Positions 12,766-26,679 of a stretch of DNA of 64,000 bases are shown here, piece by piece. A model generated the notes under the pieces. The model ran no database searches. It saw only the letters and a program-made list of their open reading frames with translations, and was not told the DNA's origin. Position 1 is the stretch's first letter, and each line of letters opens with the position of its first letter. The position numbers were made by a program, and so were the translations under genes. Source of the DNA: Squalus acanthias (Eukaryota); the NCBI GenBank assembly GCA_030390025.1, contig CM059431.1:130574001-130638000 (forward strand). Direction: 5' to 3'.

Positions 12766-14760
12766 TTGACTCTTTGCACTCCCATGAATGCCAGGTGCAC
12801 TCTCGTTGCTCTCACAAGGGGCCATTATTCATGTTTGAGCCTAGACAGTGAGCGTGGGTAGCTTTGACCCGAAGAGCATTGTAGCTGAACTTGATTCTGT
12901 CTTCCAGTAGGGGCGGGGGAACACTGACCAATATTGTTTCCCTCCCTAATCTAATTGTACTGTATCTAATTGCTGATCTGGATGAGATCAACTAACTCAG
13001 TACAATGGGAATTCAAAGTTACAACTTTCCTGATGATTATGGCTCAGTTTGACTTAGCCAGTTGAGTCATCAGGAACATCAATGCTGCTCTTGTGTCTTG
13101 TTCTTAATGTGTCATCTCAAATTGCGACCACCTTTACCTCATCAATTGTTACCTTGTAACCGCCAGTACGTTGTTCTACTGCTTTATAGCTCAAGTGTTC
13201 CATCCAGGCACACCCTAAATTTATGAAGACAAAACCATCAAATTTCCTGTGGCTTGTTCATGGCAAGTCAGATGATGTGTTGTTGTGTAATTATAGGAGC
13301 ACATACCATGTACAATATATTATTCTGTCACTAAGGTTTGGTCTGACCCTTTATGGCCACACAGTCTAATTGCTGTGAATCGTGAGATCAATTTAACGTT
13401 AACTGCTGTTGGTGAGCGAAGCTTGCAGATTGGTCGGTACTTATAAATTCTGTCTCCAGGCCAGGAAAAAGAAAAGCATGAAATGACAGGTTTTTTTTTG
13501 CCTTTACTTCTATATATACTTCTGCATTCTGAAATGTGATAGGTACTGTCAAAACGTACATATTAAATTCCTAATGAGGATTATGTGCTCCATTGAAAAC
13601 TGATAAGTAAACACATCCTTTGGAACTTGTAATATTAAAATGTCAACAGTTAGCAGTCAAGATTCGCTGTCATTCTGTATGTGGTGCCTTAATAGAATTT
13701 CCCATTCTAATCTGAGGAATGAGATATCACGGGTCCCTGTCAAACCAGCAGGTCTAGCTGTACCTGTACAGTTTCCTGCTCCCCAAGCACAGCCAGGAAC
13801 ATCTGAATACTTAGCCTCTCTGCTATCCTCAACCTGTAAGTAATATTTTTAATGCTACTTAACAACAGCTTGCATTTATATAGACCCTTTTAATGTAGAA
13901 AAAAATCCCAAGGGGCTTCTCAGAGGTGTATTCAAGAAGAAATGAAGGCATATCAGGTGAGGCTGAGGGCCTAGGCAGGATATTCCAGAGAGTGGGGTCT
14001 AAGCAGCTGAAAACTGATTGGGTGAAGGGGGGTTAAGTAGAATGTTATTTATTCTACTTAATAAATGCTCTTTGCCCATTTTGTCTTGGCCTGGTCCTTT
14101 CCTGACTCTGGTCACAGCCCCAGTGTTTCCTGCTCATCTCCACCCTGCCACTTCCAGCCTCAGACTTGTTGAATTTCTCATTACCTGGGTGGCCTCAATG
14201 TTTCCCACTGCCTATGGTCTTGCTGTGGTTGCCAATCATCATCTCGTCTCTTGCACTGTCTTTTTCCTGTGGCCTCACTCCTCTGCTGGCTTCTCCATGA
14301 CCCAAACTTTCCTGCCCATGTTCAGCCTCACTGTGGACTGCCAGCCTCCAGCCCCACTCTATGCTCCTTGGTAAAATTTCAGCTTTGAGCTCTTGCTCCC
14401 CACTTCTGGCTGCTCAGGAAAAAAAATAACTTTGGGACTGCCTCAATGCTGCTCCTTGTAAATGAATACCCAATCTCTAACTAAGTTAATAAGTAAACAT
14501 AACCTCCAATCTTAACATTATTGGCCTCATCTTGCCATAGATAAATACATCCCTACAAATTTCATTTCCAATGCCCTTGTACAAGCTTATCCCCCAAATA
14601 ACACTCCTATCCTTAAAATGCCATCTCCTCCAACTTACTGTGAACAAAGCACAGGACATTCTTTAGTATAACTAGAGAGATCCTGAGGCTGAGTGATTTT
14701 GACAGTTCAACCAGGCACAGTAGCCCTGAAATTCCTCTGCAGGGGTTTTAGGGGCAGACC

Positions 14761-17520
14761 TAGAATCATAGAATGGTTACAGCACAGAAGAAGCCATTCA
14801 GCCCGTCAAGCCCGTGCCAGCTCTCTGCAAGAGCACCTCAGCTAGTCCCGCTCCCCCGCCCTTTCCCTGTAGCCCTGCAAATTTTTTTCCTTCCGGTACT
14901 TAGCCAACTCCCTTTTGAAAGCCATGATTGAGTCTGCCTCCACCACCCTTTCAGGCAGTGCAATCCAGATCCTAACCACTCGCTCAGTAAAAAAGTTTTT
15001 CCTCATGTCACCTTTGGTTCTTCTGTCAATCACCTTAAATCTGTGTCCTCTGGTCCTCTGGCTCTCGACCCTTCTGCCAATGGGAACAGTTTCTCTCTAT
15101 CTATTCTGTCCAGGCCCCTCATGATTTTGAACACCTCTATCAAATCTCCTCGCAATCTTCTCTGCTCGAAGGAGAACAAACCCAGCTTCTCCAGTCTATC
15201 CACGTAACTGAAGTCCCTCATCCCTGGAATCATTCTCATAAATCTTTTCTGCACCCTCTCTAAGGCCTTCACATCCTACCTAAAGTGTGGTACCCAGAAT
15301 TGGACACAATACTCCAGTTGAGGCAGAACTAGTGTTTTATACAGGTTCATCATAATTTCCATACTTTTGTACTCTATACCTCTGTTCATGAAGCCCAGGA
15401 ACCCGTAAGCTTTTTTAACCACTTTCTCAACCTGCCCTGCTACCTTCAACAATTTGTGTACATATACCCCTAGTGTTCATGCACCCCCTTTAGGATTGTA
15501 CCCTTTAATTTATATTTCCTCTCCTCATTCTTTCTACCAAAATGTATCATTTCGCACTTTTCTGCGTTACATTTCATCTGCCACGTGTCCACCCATTCCA
15601 ACAGCCTGTCTATGTCCTCTTGCAATCTATTCCTATCCTCCTCACTGTTCACTGTACTTCCAAGTTTTGTGTCATCTGCAAATTTTGAAATTGTGCCCTG
15701 TACACCCACATCCAAGTCATTAATATATATCAAGAAAAGCAGTGGTCCTAGAATACACCTAGTAGTGCAATGGCACCTCTATTATTGCTTAACTCTAGCC
15801 ATATAGATTCTGTCCTTGACCCCTGCAGAACATCCTCTCTCTCCAGCACTGTAACATTCCCCTTAACCAATACTGCCACACCACCTCCTATCTTTCCTGA
15901 ATGCCTTATATCCAGGAATAATTAATACCCAATCCTGCCCTTTTTTGAGCTAGGTCTCCGTTATTGCCATGATATCATATTCCCATGTGGCTATTTGCGC
16001 CTGCAGCACACCAACATTGTTTACTATGCTTTGTGCATTCAATACATACTCTGTAAACCTATCTTAGACCATCCTGTGTTCTCTCTTAGTCTGACCCCAC
16101 CTAATACCTTACTACTTCTTACTTTAGTGCTAACTGTCTCTCCCCATCCTTTGTGCCCTTTGTTTTTCCTTTCTAATGCTACATCCTGGTGCCCACCCCC
16201 TGCCAACCTAGTTTAAACCCTCCCCAACAGCACTAGCAAACCTTCCCGTGAGGATAATGTTCCCGGCTCTGTTGAGGTGCAACCCGTCCATCCTGTACAG
16301 GTCCCACCTCCCTCAGAACCGGCCCCAATGCCCCAGGAATCTGAAGCCCTCCCTCCTGCACCATCTCTCCAGCCACGCATTCATCTGCTCTATCCTCCTA
16401 TTTTTATACTTACTCGCACGTGGCACTGAGAGTAATCCAGAGATTACTATCTTTGAGGTCTTGCTTTTAATCTCTTTCCTAGCTCCCTAAAATCTGCCTG
16501 CAGGACCTCATCCCTCTTTCTACCTATGTCGTTGGTACTGATATGGACCACGATCTCTGGCTGTTCACCCTCCCCCCTCAGAATGTACTGTAGCCGCTCA
16601 GTGACATCCTTGACCCTGGCACCAGAGAGGCAACATATCATCCTGGAATCACGTCTGTGGCCGCAGAAACGCCTGTCTGCTCCCCTAACTATCTACTCCC
16701 CTACCACTATTGCTTTCCCTATCTTCCTCCTCCCCCACTGTACAGCTGAGCCACCCGTGGTGCCGTGGACTTGGCTCTGGCTGTACTCCCCAGAGGAACC
16801 AAAGCCCTCACCAGTACTCAGAACAGAATACTGGTTGGAGAGCGAGATACACTCAGGGAACTCCTGCACTACCTACCTGGTCCTCCTCTTCTGTCTGGCG
16901 GTCACCCATTCCCTCTCTACCTGCGCCCTCCTTAGCTGCGGGGTGACCACCTCCTGAAACGTGCTATCGATGTAGCTCTCAGCCTCGCAGATGCACCGCA
17001 GTAATGCCAGCTGCTGCTCAAGCTCTGAAACCTGGAGCTCGAGCTCCTCCAGCCGACGACACTTACTGCGTACATGGTTGTCCAGGACACGGGAAGCGTC
17101 CTGGAGTTCCCACATAGCACAGGATGCGCATTCCTTGGGACTGAGCTGCCCTGCCATGCCTTTATTTATGCAACTATTAACTAACTTTACAGAAACTTAA
17201 GACTAAGATGTACCTAGTTCAAGTTATTAATATCATATATTATTAACAGTTACTAATTTAATATAGTATTAACAGTTACTAATTTAATGTAGTATTAAGT
17301 TACTAATCTCCAAGCTCCTGCTTTATCCCTAACCAGCTATTTAACCCCGGCCCCTAACTTGAAGAGCAAAAAAACCGATATGACCTTTACCAACCAATCA
17401 GTTAACAGCTGTCCTATGGTGTCACACCGGGATTTTTTTTCCTCTCTGCTCTGGCTCCCAGTTAGGGTCGCTTTCCTCCTCGGCTGCTCTGGGGCACGGC
17501 AGAACTTACACCTATCCCAT
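14761..17520 (-). mobile_element. CR1 LINE with internal deletion (5' UTR, ORF1, partial APE joined to RT 3' half)
   Basis: ORF1 from 17157 (CASCAMWE...; CCLSGARVKDV...HISTNDIG), APE fragment ~15750-15990, RT IYINDLD...SKFADD, and 3' tail at 14761. Confidence 0.88.
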
Positions 17521-18087
17521 GGATGTCCCAAATTGCAGGGGTCAGAGCATCAGCATAAAGTAGGCGGGCGTCCTCACTATTTTCACTGCTATTGGGACGC
17601 TTGCCTTTTGCTGGAGCACCTGTTGGTTGTCTCAGCCTAAGATGGTTGACATTTTTTTAAATGCCCAGATTTTAAAGTTGCTGCATTCCCAATGGCAATC
17701 AATCACTCTGAGACCAGGTGCCATAGGGAAACTGACCTTTGTTAATTTCAGCAAGATCTTGTCCAGACATGCAGCTCTGCTTGTTTCATGCAGTTGTACA
17801 TTGCCACGGGGGCAATTCAGGCAGAACTGGTCAGAATTCCAAAGAATAGCATCATCCCACCAGTCCCACTTCTTGATCTACGTCCACGTAGGAAGGAGTG
17901 GGTGCAAGAAACACCAGTCCTTACTTCCAGTGGAATTTTGAGATTAATTTTAAAACACATCACGGAGATCCAGAGTATTAGGGTTCCACCCCAAATTCCT
18001 CATCAGTCTACCCAGATTACACGGTTTATTCATCACCAGAATAGAAGAATTTTGGGGCTAGTATGAACATTTCAGCATTATGCTTTA

Positions 18088-19050
18088 TTGTGGCCTCAAC
18101 TTTTTACAATTTATATAAATGACTTGGATGAAGGGACCGAAGGTATGGTTGCTAAATTTGCTGATGACACAAAGATAGGTAGGAAAGTAAATTGTGAAGA
18201 GGACATAAGGAGACTACAAAGGGATATAGATAGGTTAAGTAAGTGGGCAAAGATCTGGCAAATGGCGTATAATGTGGGAAAATGTGAAGTTGTCCATTTT
18301 GGCAGGAAGAATAAAAAAGAAGCATACTATCTAAATGGTGGGAGATTGCAGAGCTCTGAGATGCAGAGGGATCTGGGTGACCTAGTGCATGAATCGCAAA
18401 AGGTACAGCAAGTAATTAGGAAAGCTAATAGAATGTTATTGTTTATTGCGAGGGGAATTGCATACAAAAGTAGGGAGGTTATGCTTCAGCTGTATAGGGC
18501 ATTGGTGAGACCACATCTGGAGTACTGTGTACAGTATTGGTCTCCTTATTTAAGGAAGGATGTAAATGCGTTGGAAGCAGTTCAGAGAAGGTTTACTAGA
18601 CTAATACCTGGAATGGGCAGGTTGTCTTATGAGGAAAGGTTGGACAGGCTAGACTTGTATCTGCTGGAGTTTAGAAGAGTAAGAGGTGACTTGATTGAAA
18701 CATATAAGATCCTGAGTTGTCTGGACAGGGTGGATGTGGAGAAGATGTTTCCTCTTGTGGGAGAATCTAGAACTAGGGGTCACTGTTTAAAAATAAGGGG
18801 TCGCCCATTTAAGACAAAGATGAGGAGAAATTTTTTCTCACAGAGGGTCGTGAGTCTTTGGAACTCTCTTCCTCAGAGGGCGGTGGAAGCAGAGTCTTTG
18901 AATATTTTTAAGGCAGAGGTAGATAGATTCTTGGTAAGCAAGGGGTTGAAAAGTTATCGGGGGTAGGCGGGAATGTGGAGTAATCGGATCAGCCATGATC
19001 TTATTGAATGGCGGAGCAGGCTCGAAGGGCCGAGTGGCCTACTCCTGCTC
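18088..19050 (+). mobile_element. CR1/HER1-like LINE, 5'-truncated
   Basis: 292-aa RT C-terminal ORF ([12 protein letters not shown]...KFADD...RPHLEYCVQYWSP) plus conserved tail. Confidence 0.92.
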
Positions 19051-20360
19051 CTAATTCGTATGGTCGTATTGAAAACATTGACTGATGAAAGTCAACCATA
19101 AAAGTTTGGCAACAGGCAGCCCTTGGACTGCAATTCTCAACTTCCTAGTTAGCAGTGAAATATTTAGCTACTTAAGTCACCAGGCTCCCCTGCAGAGTCA
19201 TGTACATTTTCTGTGAATGGTTTAAAGTGGCTTCATGTTCAGTAGACATTGACCTGCAGTTGCATTAAAATGTCACAACTGACACTATTGAAAATACCAA
19301 TGGGTTTAAGTAATTGAACTAGACAGGGATAGCAAATTATAGTCCACTTCAAGAAAAAGTCTCACAGCTAAACACCGCAGGTGGGCTAAAAAGTAAATGA
19401 GAATTGTGCCTTTGTCATTTACTGACTGCAATGTATGTCAGATCAAGTTTTCAAATATTCTTTGTAAGTGCTTGGTAAAGTTTCTAAGATGTCATCAGCA
19501 GATGGTCTCTGTCTGGGCAAGAGGAGTTATTTTTGTTGACATCTTGCTGAATACAGTGATTTATTTTAATGGTTCTTGGGTATAAAGTAACGCATTTCTG
19601 CTCTTTGCCCTTGAAAAGTTCTCTATGTGGTTATGCTTGTATGGTTAGCCGAACATCCTAATTTCTGCCATTTACTAAAGTTTAAACTCTGAAGATGATC
19701 TGTGTTCAAATCATAGGACTTCCATTGTGATGTAGAGTAGGTGAAAGCTCCACAGGAAAACAGGACTCTTTCACAGTGAACCAAACATGTTCAGGAGTGT
19801 TCTAATGATTTATTATATGCTCCTATAAACATTTCCTGGCCTTTGAAATTTATTACGAAATGACATTTGTCTCTGAAATTCTTTCATTTCTTCATATTGC
19901 TCAGAAAGGCATCAATGGAGCTGGACATTCCACCCACTCAGTCAATGGGTGGAAGATTTAGCACTCATTTTAATGCATTAATCAGTATATTGGAACTGTG
20001 ACTTCTATATCTGCTGGGGTGTACAGATATTATTGGCTGGTTCATATGAAACAGGCCTGTATCTAATTGATAAATAGAAAACTCAAAAATTAATACTGAA
20101 GCTTAAAGCTAATGAAGTTACAAATTAAGGTAATGGGTGTTTTTAAAGCCTTATACTTAACTGGCTTCCATTGTGACCGCAAGTGAATGAATGAACTGCA
20201 GTAGATCAGAGACATTCATAGACACCTTCCTGTAGCCAAACATGCAAAGCAATAGTATTGCAGCTTTGCTCATACAACCCTGACCAAATGGTACACCAGT
20301 AAGGTGGTGGGGGGTGTGGTTGACAAACTGCTGACTCATTTTGAGGTGGTGAACAATTCT

Positions 20361-20567
20361 TAACCTTTTATAATCTTTTATAATCTTGTTATATTATTTC
20401 CCAGTATTTGCCTCTGAACCATTATTTTGCAAATATTAATAAATAAGAAAAACAACCATTGTTGAGGTCTCTTTCTCATTGGTTGTTTTTCTTATTTATT
20501 GATATTTGCAAAATAATGGTTAAGAGGCAAATACTGGGAAATAATATAACAAGATAATAAAAGGTTA
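20361..20567. repeat. Long near-perfect inverted repeat
   Basis: Arms 20361-20458 and 20480-20567 with a ~21-nt loop; few mismatches and a 10-bp tandem duplication in the left arm. Confidence 0.92.
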
Positions 20568-20857
20568 GGAGCAAAGCTCTGTAGTTTACGCATGCCCTGT
20601 TCACCTTCAGCTTTGTTCTTACTTTGTAATCCATTTCCTGCCTATCATATTTTGTAACAGTGTGTTTTTCTTATTATTTGTGGAAACTGTAGTAAATATT
20701 TTGAGTGACTTTCAGATATTTAGAACTGCCTCAGGAGCAATGCTGGTGAGTGCAAGTTACAACAATTTTGATCAAATGAATGACCACCATAATCATGCAA
20801 CTAAAAGAGGAATGTTAAAAGGTTTATGGAGAGAGAATGTTACTATTTACTTTCATG

Positions 20858-21226
20858 CAGAGGCTGGTGTCGGGAGCGGAGAGAGCGACGGAACAGTGAG
20901 TATTTAAACTAACTTCGCAGGCTTTTTTTGCAGAGGCTGGTGTCGGGAGCGGAGAGAGCAACGGTACAGTGAGTATTTAAACTCACTTTCGCAGGCTTTT
21001 TTTGCAGAGGCCGGTGTCGGGAGCGGAGAGAGCGACGGTACAGTGAGTATTTAAACTCACTTTCGCGGGCTTTTTTCAGAGGCTGGTGTCGGAAGTGGAG
21101 AGAGCGATGGTACAGTGAGTATTTAAACTCACTTTCGCGGGCTTTTTTCAGAGGCCGGTGTCGGAAGTGGAGAGAGCGATGGTACAGTGAGTATTTAAAC
21201 TCACTTTCGCGGGCTTTTTTCAGAGG
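20858..21226 (+). repeat. Tandem array of five 72-74 bp monomers in CR1 5' UTR
   Basis: Units start cagagg at 20858, 20931, 21005, 21077, 21149 and (partial) 21221. Confidence 0.92.
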
Positions 21227-23313
21227 CCTACCAATCTCGCAGACCGGCGGCGGCATTCCAAAGCCACGTCACGATTCAAAAAGTGACGCGGGCAAGAGGA
21301 AGCAGCTGATTGGGTGAGTACGGCCAGGTGAGTATTTATACTACTTTATAGTTTGACAGTTAAGGTTAATAGTTTATAAAGTTTAGAAGGTCTTAATTTT
21401 GTGGTTATAGTTTCTAAGGTCTCAGTTGTGTAGCGGGGAGTGCGAGTAAACAAGGGCCCTTGACTATATCATTTAATTGTAGTGTAATTTGTGGTATTGA
21501 TTTGATTTAATTTAATTTAAATTAATTAAAGGGTAAGTCATGGCAGCACAGCTCGGCCCCGTGGCATGCTCCTCCTGCACTATGTGGGAAATCATGGACA
21601 CTTCCTGTGTCCCTGACGACCATGTGTGCAGGAAGTGTATCCAGCTGCAGCTACTGGCAGACCACATTGCGGCGCTGGAGCTGCGAATGGATACATACTG
21701 GAGCATTCGCGATGCTGAGGACGTTGTGGATATCACGTTTAATGAGTTGGTCACACCGCAGGTAAAGACTGCACAGGCAGGAAGGGAATGGGTGACCGCC
21801 AGGCAGAGTAGTAGGTGCAGGCAGGTAGTGCAGGGGTCCCCTGTGGCCATCACCCTCTCAAACAGATATACCGCTTTGGATATTGTTGAGGAGGATGGCT
21901 TATCGGGGAAGGCAGCAGCAACCAACTTCCTGGCACCATGGGTGGTTCTGCTGCACAGGACGGGAGGAAAAAGAGCGGGAGAGCTATAGTGATAGGGGAT
22001 TCTATTGTAAGGGGAATAGATAGGTGTTTCTGCGGCTGCAAACGAGACTCCAGGATGGCATATTGCCTCCCTGGTGCAAGGGTCAAGGATGTCTCGGAGC
22101 GGCTGCAGGGCATTCTGGAGGGGGAAGGTGAACAGCCAGTTGTCGTGGTGCATATAGGTACCAACGATATAGGTAAAAAACGGGATGAGGTCCTAAAAGC
22201 TGAATATAAGGCGTTAGGAGGTAAATTAAAAAATAGGACTTCAAAGGTAGTAATCTCAGGATTGCTACCAGTGCCACGTACTAGTCAGAGTAGAAATAGA
22301 AGGATATTTCAGATGAATACATGGCTAGAAGAATGGTGCAAGGGGGAGGGATTCAAATTCCTGGGACATTGGAACCGGTTCTGGGGAAGGTGGGACCAGT
22401 ACAAACTGGACGGTTTGCACCTGGGCAGGACCGGGACCGATGTCCGAGGGGGAGTGTTTGCTAGTGCTGTTGGGGAGGGTTTAAACTAAAATGGCAGGGG
22501 GTTGGGAATCTGTGCAGGTAGACAGAGGAAAGGGAAGCAAGGATAGAAACAAAAGACAGGAAGGAGAAAAGCAAAAGTGGAAGTCAGAGAAATCAAGGGT
22601 GTAAATCAAACATGGCCACAGTAAACAATAATTCTAAAAGGTCTAAGAGTGTTAAAAAAACAAGCCTGAAATCTTTGTGTCTTAATGCGAGGAGCATTCG
22701 TAATAAGGTGGATGAATTAGCTGCGCAAGTAGATGTAAACGGATATGATATAATTGGGATTACGGAGACATGGCTCCAGGGTGACCAAGGCTGGGAATTC
22801 AACATCCAGGGGTATTCAATATTCAGGAAGGACAGGCAAAAAGGAGGTGGGGTAGCATTGCTGGTTAAAGAGGAGATTAACACAATATTAAGGAAGGAAA
22901 TGAGCTCTGATGATGTGGAATCTGTATGGGTAGAGCTGAGAAATACCAAGGGGAAGAAAACGTTAGTGGGAGTTGTATACAGACCCCCAAACAGTAATGC
23001 TGAGGTTGGGGATGGCATTAAATGGGAAATTAGAGATGCGTGCAATAAGGGCACAGCAGTTATCATGGGTGACTTTAATCTACATATAGATTGGGCTAAC
23101 CAAATTAGTAACAATACTGTGGAAGAGGAACCAACTAGAGATCAGGCCATCTTAGACTGGGTATTATGTAATTTGAAAGGATTAATTAGCAATCTTGTTG
23201 TGCGAGGCCCCTTGGGGAGGAGCGATCATAGTATGATAGAATTCTTCATTAAGATGGAGAGTGAAGTAGTAGCTGACTCAGAGACTAGGGTACTGAATTT
23301 AAATAAAGGAAAC

Positions 23314-23739
23314 CGGTGGCATAGTGGTTAGCACTGGTGCCTCACAGCGCCAGGGACCCGGGTTCGAATCTGACCTCGGGTGACTGTCTGTGTGGAGTTT
23401 GCACATTCTCCCCGTGTCTGCGTGGGTTTCCTCCGGGTGCTCCGGTTTCCTCCCACAGTCCAAAAATGTGCGGGTTAGGTTGATTTGGCTATGATAAATT
23501 GACGCTTAGTGTTAGGGGGGGATTAAATATGTGGGGTTATGGGGATAGGATGGGATATGTTAGGGGGAATTAAATATGTGGGGTTACGGGGGTAGGGTGG
23601 GATATGTGTACTGTGGGGATTAAAGCAGGGACAGGGTACTGGACTTGGATGATCAGCCATGATCGTATTGAATGGTGGAGCAGGCTCAACGGGCCGAATG
23701 GCCTACTCCTGCTCCTAGATTCTATGTTTCTATGTTTCT
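23314..23739 (+). mobile_element. tRNA-derived V-SINE (HE1-like) inserted in CR1 ORF2
   Basis: A box tggcatagtgg, B box ggttcgaatc, V-domain-like core tgtgtggagtttgcacattctccccgtg...ctccggtttcctcccac, CR1-type tail; AAAC duplicated at 23310-23313 and 23740-23743. Confidence 0.9.
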
Positions 23740-26679
23740 AAACTACGATGGTATGAGGCGCGAGTTGGCTAGGATGGATTGGGGAATGTTACTTAAAGGG
23801 TTGAAGGTGGATAGGCAATGGCAAACATTTAAAGATCGCATGGATGAACTACAGAATTTGTTCATCCCTGTTTGGCATAAAAATAAAACAAAAAAGGTGA
23901 CTCAACCGTGGCTACCAAGGGAAATTAGGGATAGCATAAGATCCAAGGAGAGGACATATAAATTGGCCAGAAAAAGCAGCAAACCTGATGATTGGGAGCA
24001 GTTTAGGATTCAGCAAAGGAGGACAAAGGGATTAATTAAGAGGGGGGAAATAGAGTATGAGAGTAAGCTTTCAGGGAACATAAAAACTGACTGTAAAAGC
24101 TTCTATAGATATGTGAAGAGAAAAAGATTGGTGAAGTCAAGCGTAGGTCCCTTGCAGTCAGAATCAGAGGAATTTATAATGGGGAACAAAGAAATGGCAG
24201 ATCAATTAAATACATACTTTGGTTCTGTCTTCACAAAGGAGGACACAAATAAACTCCCAGAGATGTCGGGGAACATAGGGTCTAATGAGAGTGAGGAACT
24301 GAATGAAATCAGTATTTGTAGGGAAGTGGTGTTAGGGAAATTGATGGGATTGAAGGCCGATAAATCCCCAGGGCCTGATAATCTACATCCTAGGGTACTT
24401 AAGGAAGTGGCCCTAGAAATAGTAGATGCATTGCTGGTCATCTTCCAAAATTCTATAGACTCTGGAACAGTTCCCATGGATTGGAGGGTAGCTAATATAA
24501 CCCCACTATTTAAAAAAGGTGGGAGAGAGAAAACGGGGAATTATAGACCAGTAAGCCTGACATCGGTAGTGGGGAATATACTAGAGTCCACTATAAAAGA
24601 TGTAATAGCAGAGCACTTGGAAAACAGTGACAGGATCGGACAAAGTCAACATGGATTTACAAAAGGTAAATCATGCTTGACTAATCTACTGGAATTTTTT
24701 GAGGATGTAACTGGTAGAATAGATAAGGGAGAACCAGTGGATGTGGTGTATTTGGACTTTCAGAAGGCTTTCGATAAGGTCCCGCATAAGAGATTCGAGT
24801 GCAAAGTTAAAGCACATGGGATTGGGGGTAAGGTACTGACTTGAATAGAAAACTGGTTGGCAGACAGGAAGCAAAGAGTTGGAATAAACGGGTCTTTTTC
24901 CGAGTGGCAGGCAGTGACTAGTGGGGTACCGCAGGGATCGGTGCTAGGACCCCAGTTATTCACAATATATATTAATGATCTAGACGAGGGAACTAGATGT
25001 AATATCTCCAAGTTTACAGATGACACACAGCTGGGTGGGCGTGTGTGCTGTTGAGGAGGATGCAGAGAAACTCCAGTATGATTTGGACAGGTTAGGTGAT
25101 TGGGCAGATGCATGGCAGATGCAGTATAATGTGGATAAATGCGAGGTTATCCACTTCGGTGGCAAAAACAGGAAGCCAGATTATTATCTGAATGGCAATA
25201 GATTGGGAAAAGGGGAAGTGCAATGAGACCTGGGTGTCCTTGTGCACCAGTCGCTGAAGGTAAGCATGCAGGTGCAGCAGGCGGTTAAGAAGGCAAATGG
25301 CATGTTGGCCTTCATAGCGAGACGATTCGAGTACAGGAGCAAGGATGTCTTGCTGCAGTTGTATAGGGCCTTGGTGAGACCACACCTTGAGTATTGTGTG
25401 CAGTTTTGGTCGCCTTATCTGAGGAAGGATGTTCTTGCCATGGAGGGAGTGCAGCGAAGATTCACCAGACTGATACCTGGGATGGCAGGAATGACGTATG
25501 AAGAGAGATTGGGTCAATTAGGCTTATATTCGCTAGAGTTTAGAAGAATGAGAGGGGATCTCATTGAAACTTATAAAATTCTAACAGGACTAGACAGACG
25601 AGATGCAGGAATGTTGTTCCCGATGGCGGAGGAGTCCAGAACCAGGGATCACAGTCTAAGGATAAGGGGTAAGCCATTTAGGACTGAGATGAGGAGGAAT
25701 TTCTTCACCCAGCGAGTGGTGAATCTGTGGAATTCTCTACCACAGAAGGCAGTTGAGGCCAATTCATTAAATATATTCAAGAAGGAATTAGATATATTTC
25801 TTAAGGCTAAGGGGTTCAAGGGATATGGGGAGTAAGCAGGGACAGGGTACTGAATTTGGATGATCAGCCATGATCGCATTGAATGGCGGAGCAGGCTCGA
25901 GGAGCCGAATGGCCTACTCCTGCTCCTATCTTGTATGTTTCTATGTTTCTTTGTCAAATACTTGCTTGTCAAATACTGTCATACTGAGCTCAGTATAATG
26001 AATGTGTTGAACATGTTTCATCAATGTTTATAAATAGACATGAGAAATATCACCAGTAAAATATTCTCCCTGTTTAATATATTTTCAAAGTTCCTTGCAA
26101 TCTGGTTTACAATCCCAGAGGGAGGTCCATTACAATTGCTGACACCCACAATGGAACTGAAAGGACAGAGTCCATTTTTTCAAGTTAAGTTATTTGGGGT
26201 TCCAAATCTCAGCAAGGCACCTGAGTTGTTTGACAGACCAAGTGCTGCTTCATTGACCGTGAAGCCTTGATGCGCCCTGTGTAAATCCATAAAGATCCTT
26301 TGAAGGTACTTAACTCTAGCTGAGAGTGTTATTTAAGGCTGACTCCTGCAGTGATGCCTTACAACTTTAGCATGCAGAAGGAGTCCAGTAAGAATGCACT
26401 CTCCAAACAAGAGCAAGTTTTTCCGATGAACCGTATTAATTTAAAAGTTAGTAAATTTACCATATTTTTATATATCTCACAGATTTTTTGAATTACTCTC
26501 CTCGTTCCTCTGCAAAAAAAAAACAGTTACTGATAGGGTAAGAATATTGGTTACAAGCATCTGTGACGAGAAGTAATATACCTGGTGGGCCAGGACTGAT
26601 ATAACGAATGATGATATTTAATTATTCTCTACTTGTTGGATAGTTGTATGGACTCAATTATGATAGCTCAAATCCATTT

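Larger units (their letters stand above)
20858..25950 (+). mobile_element. Near full-length CR1 LINE (Zn-finger/esterase ORF1; APE-RT ORF2), inactivated
   Basis: ORF1 21540-22489 frameshifted (CSSC..HVCRKC, GDSIVRG, GTNDIG, DGLHL). ORF2 ~22600-25835 (LNARSIRNK, GITETWL, MGDFN, YLDFQKAFD, QGSVLGP) has stops and a SINE insertion; (ctatgttt)n tail. Confidence 0.95.

Noticed and set aside
20858..21226. CRISPR-like array
   Set aside because: Units are head-to-tail with no unique spacers, there are no cas genes, and the context is a vertebrate LINE 5' UTR.
23314..23385. tRNA gene (also 10335-10407 and 42610-42682)
   Set aside because: tRNA-derived SINE heads continuous with SINE bodies; no complete cloverleaf seen.
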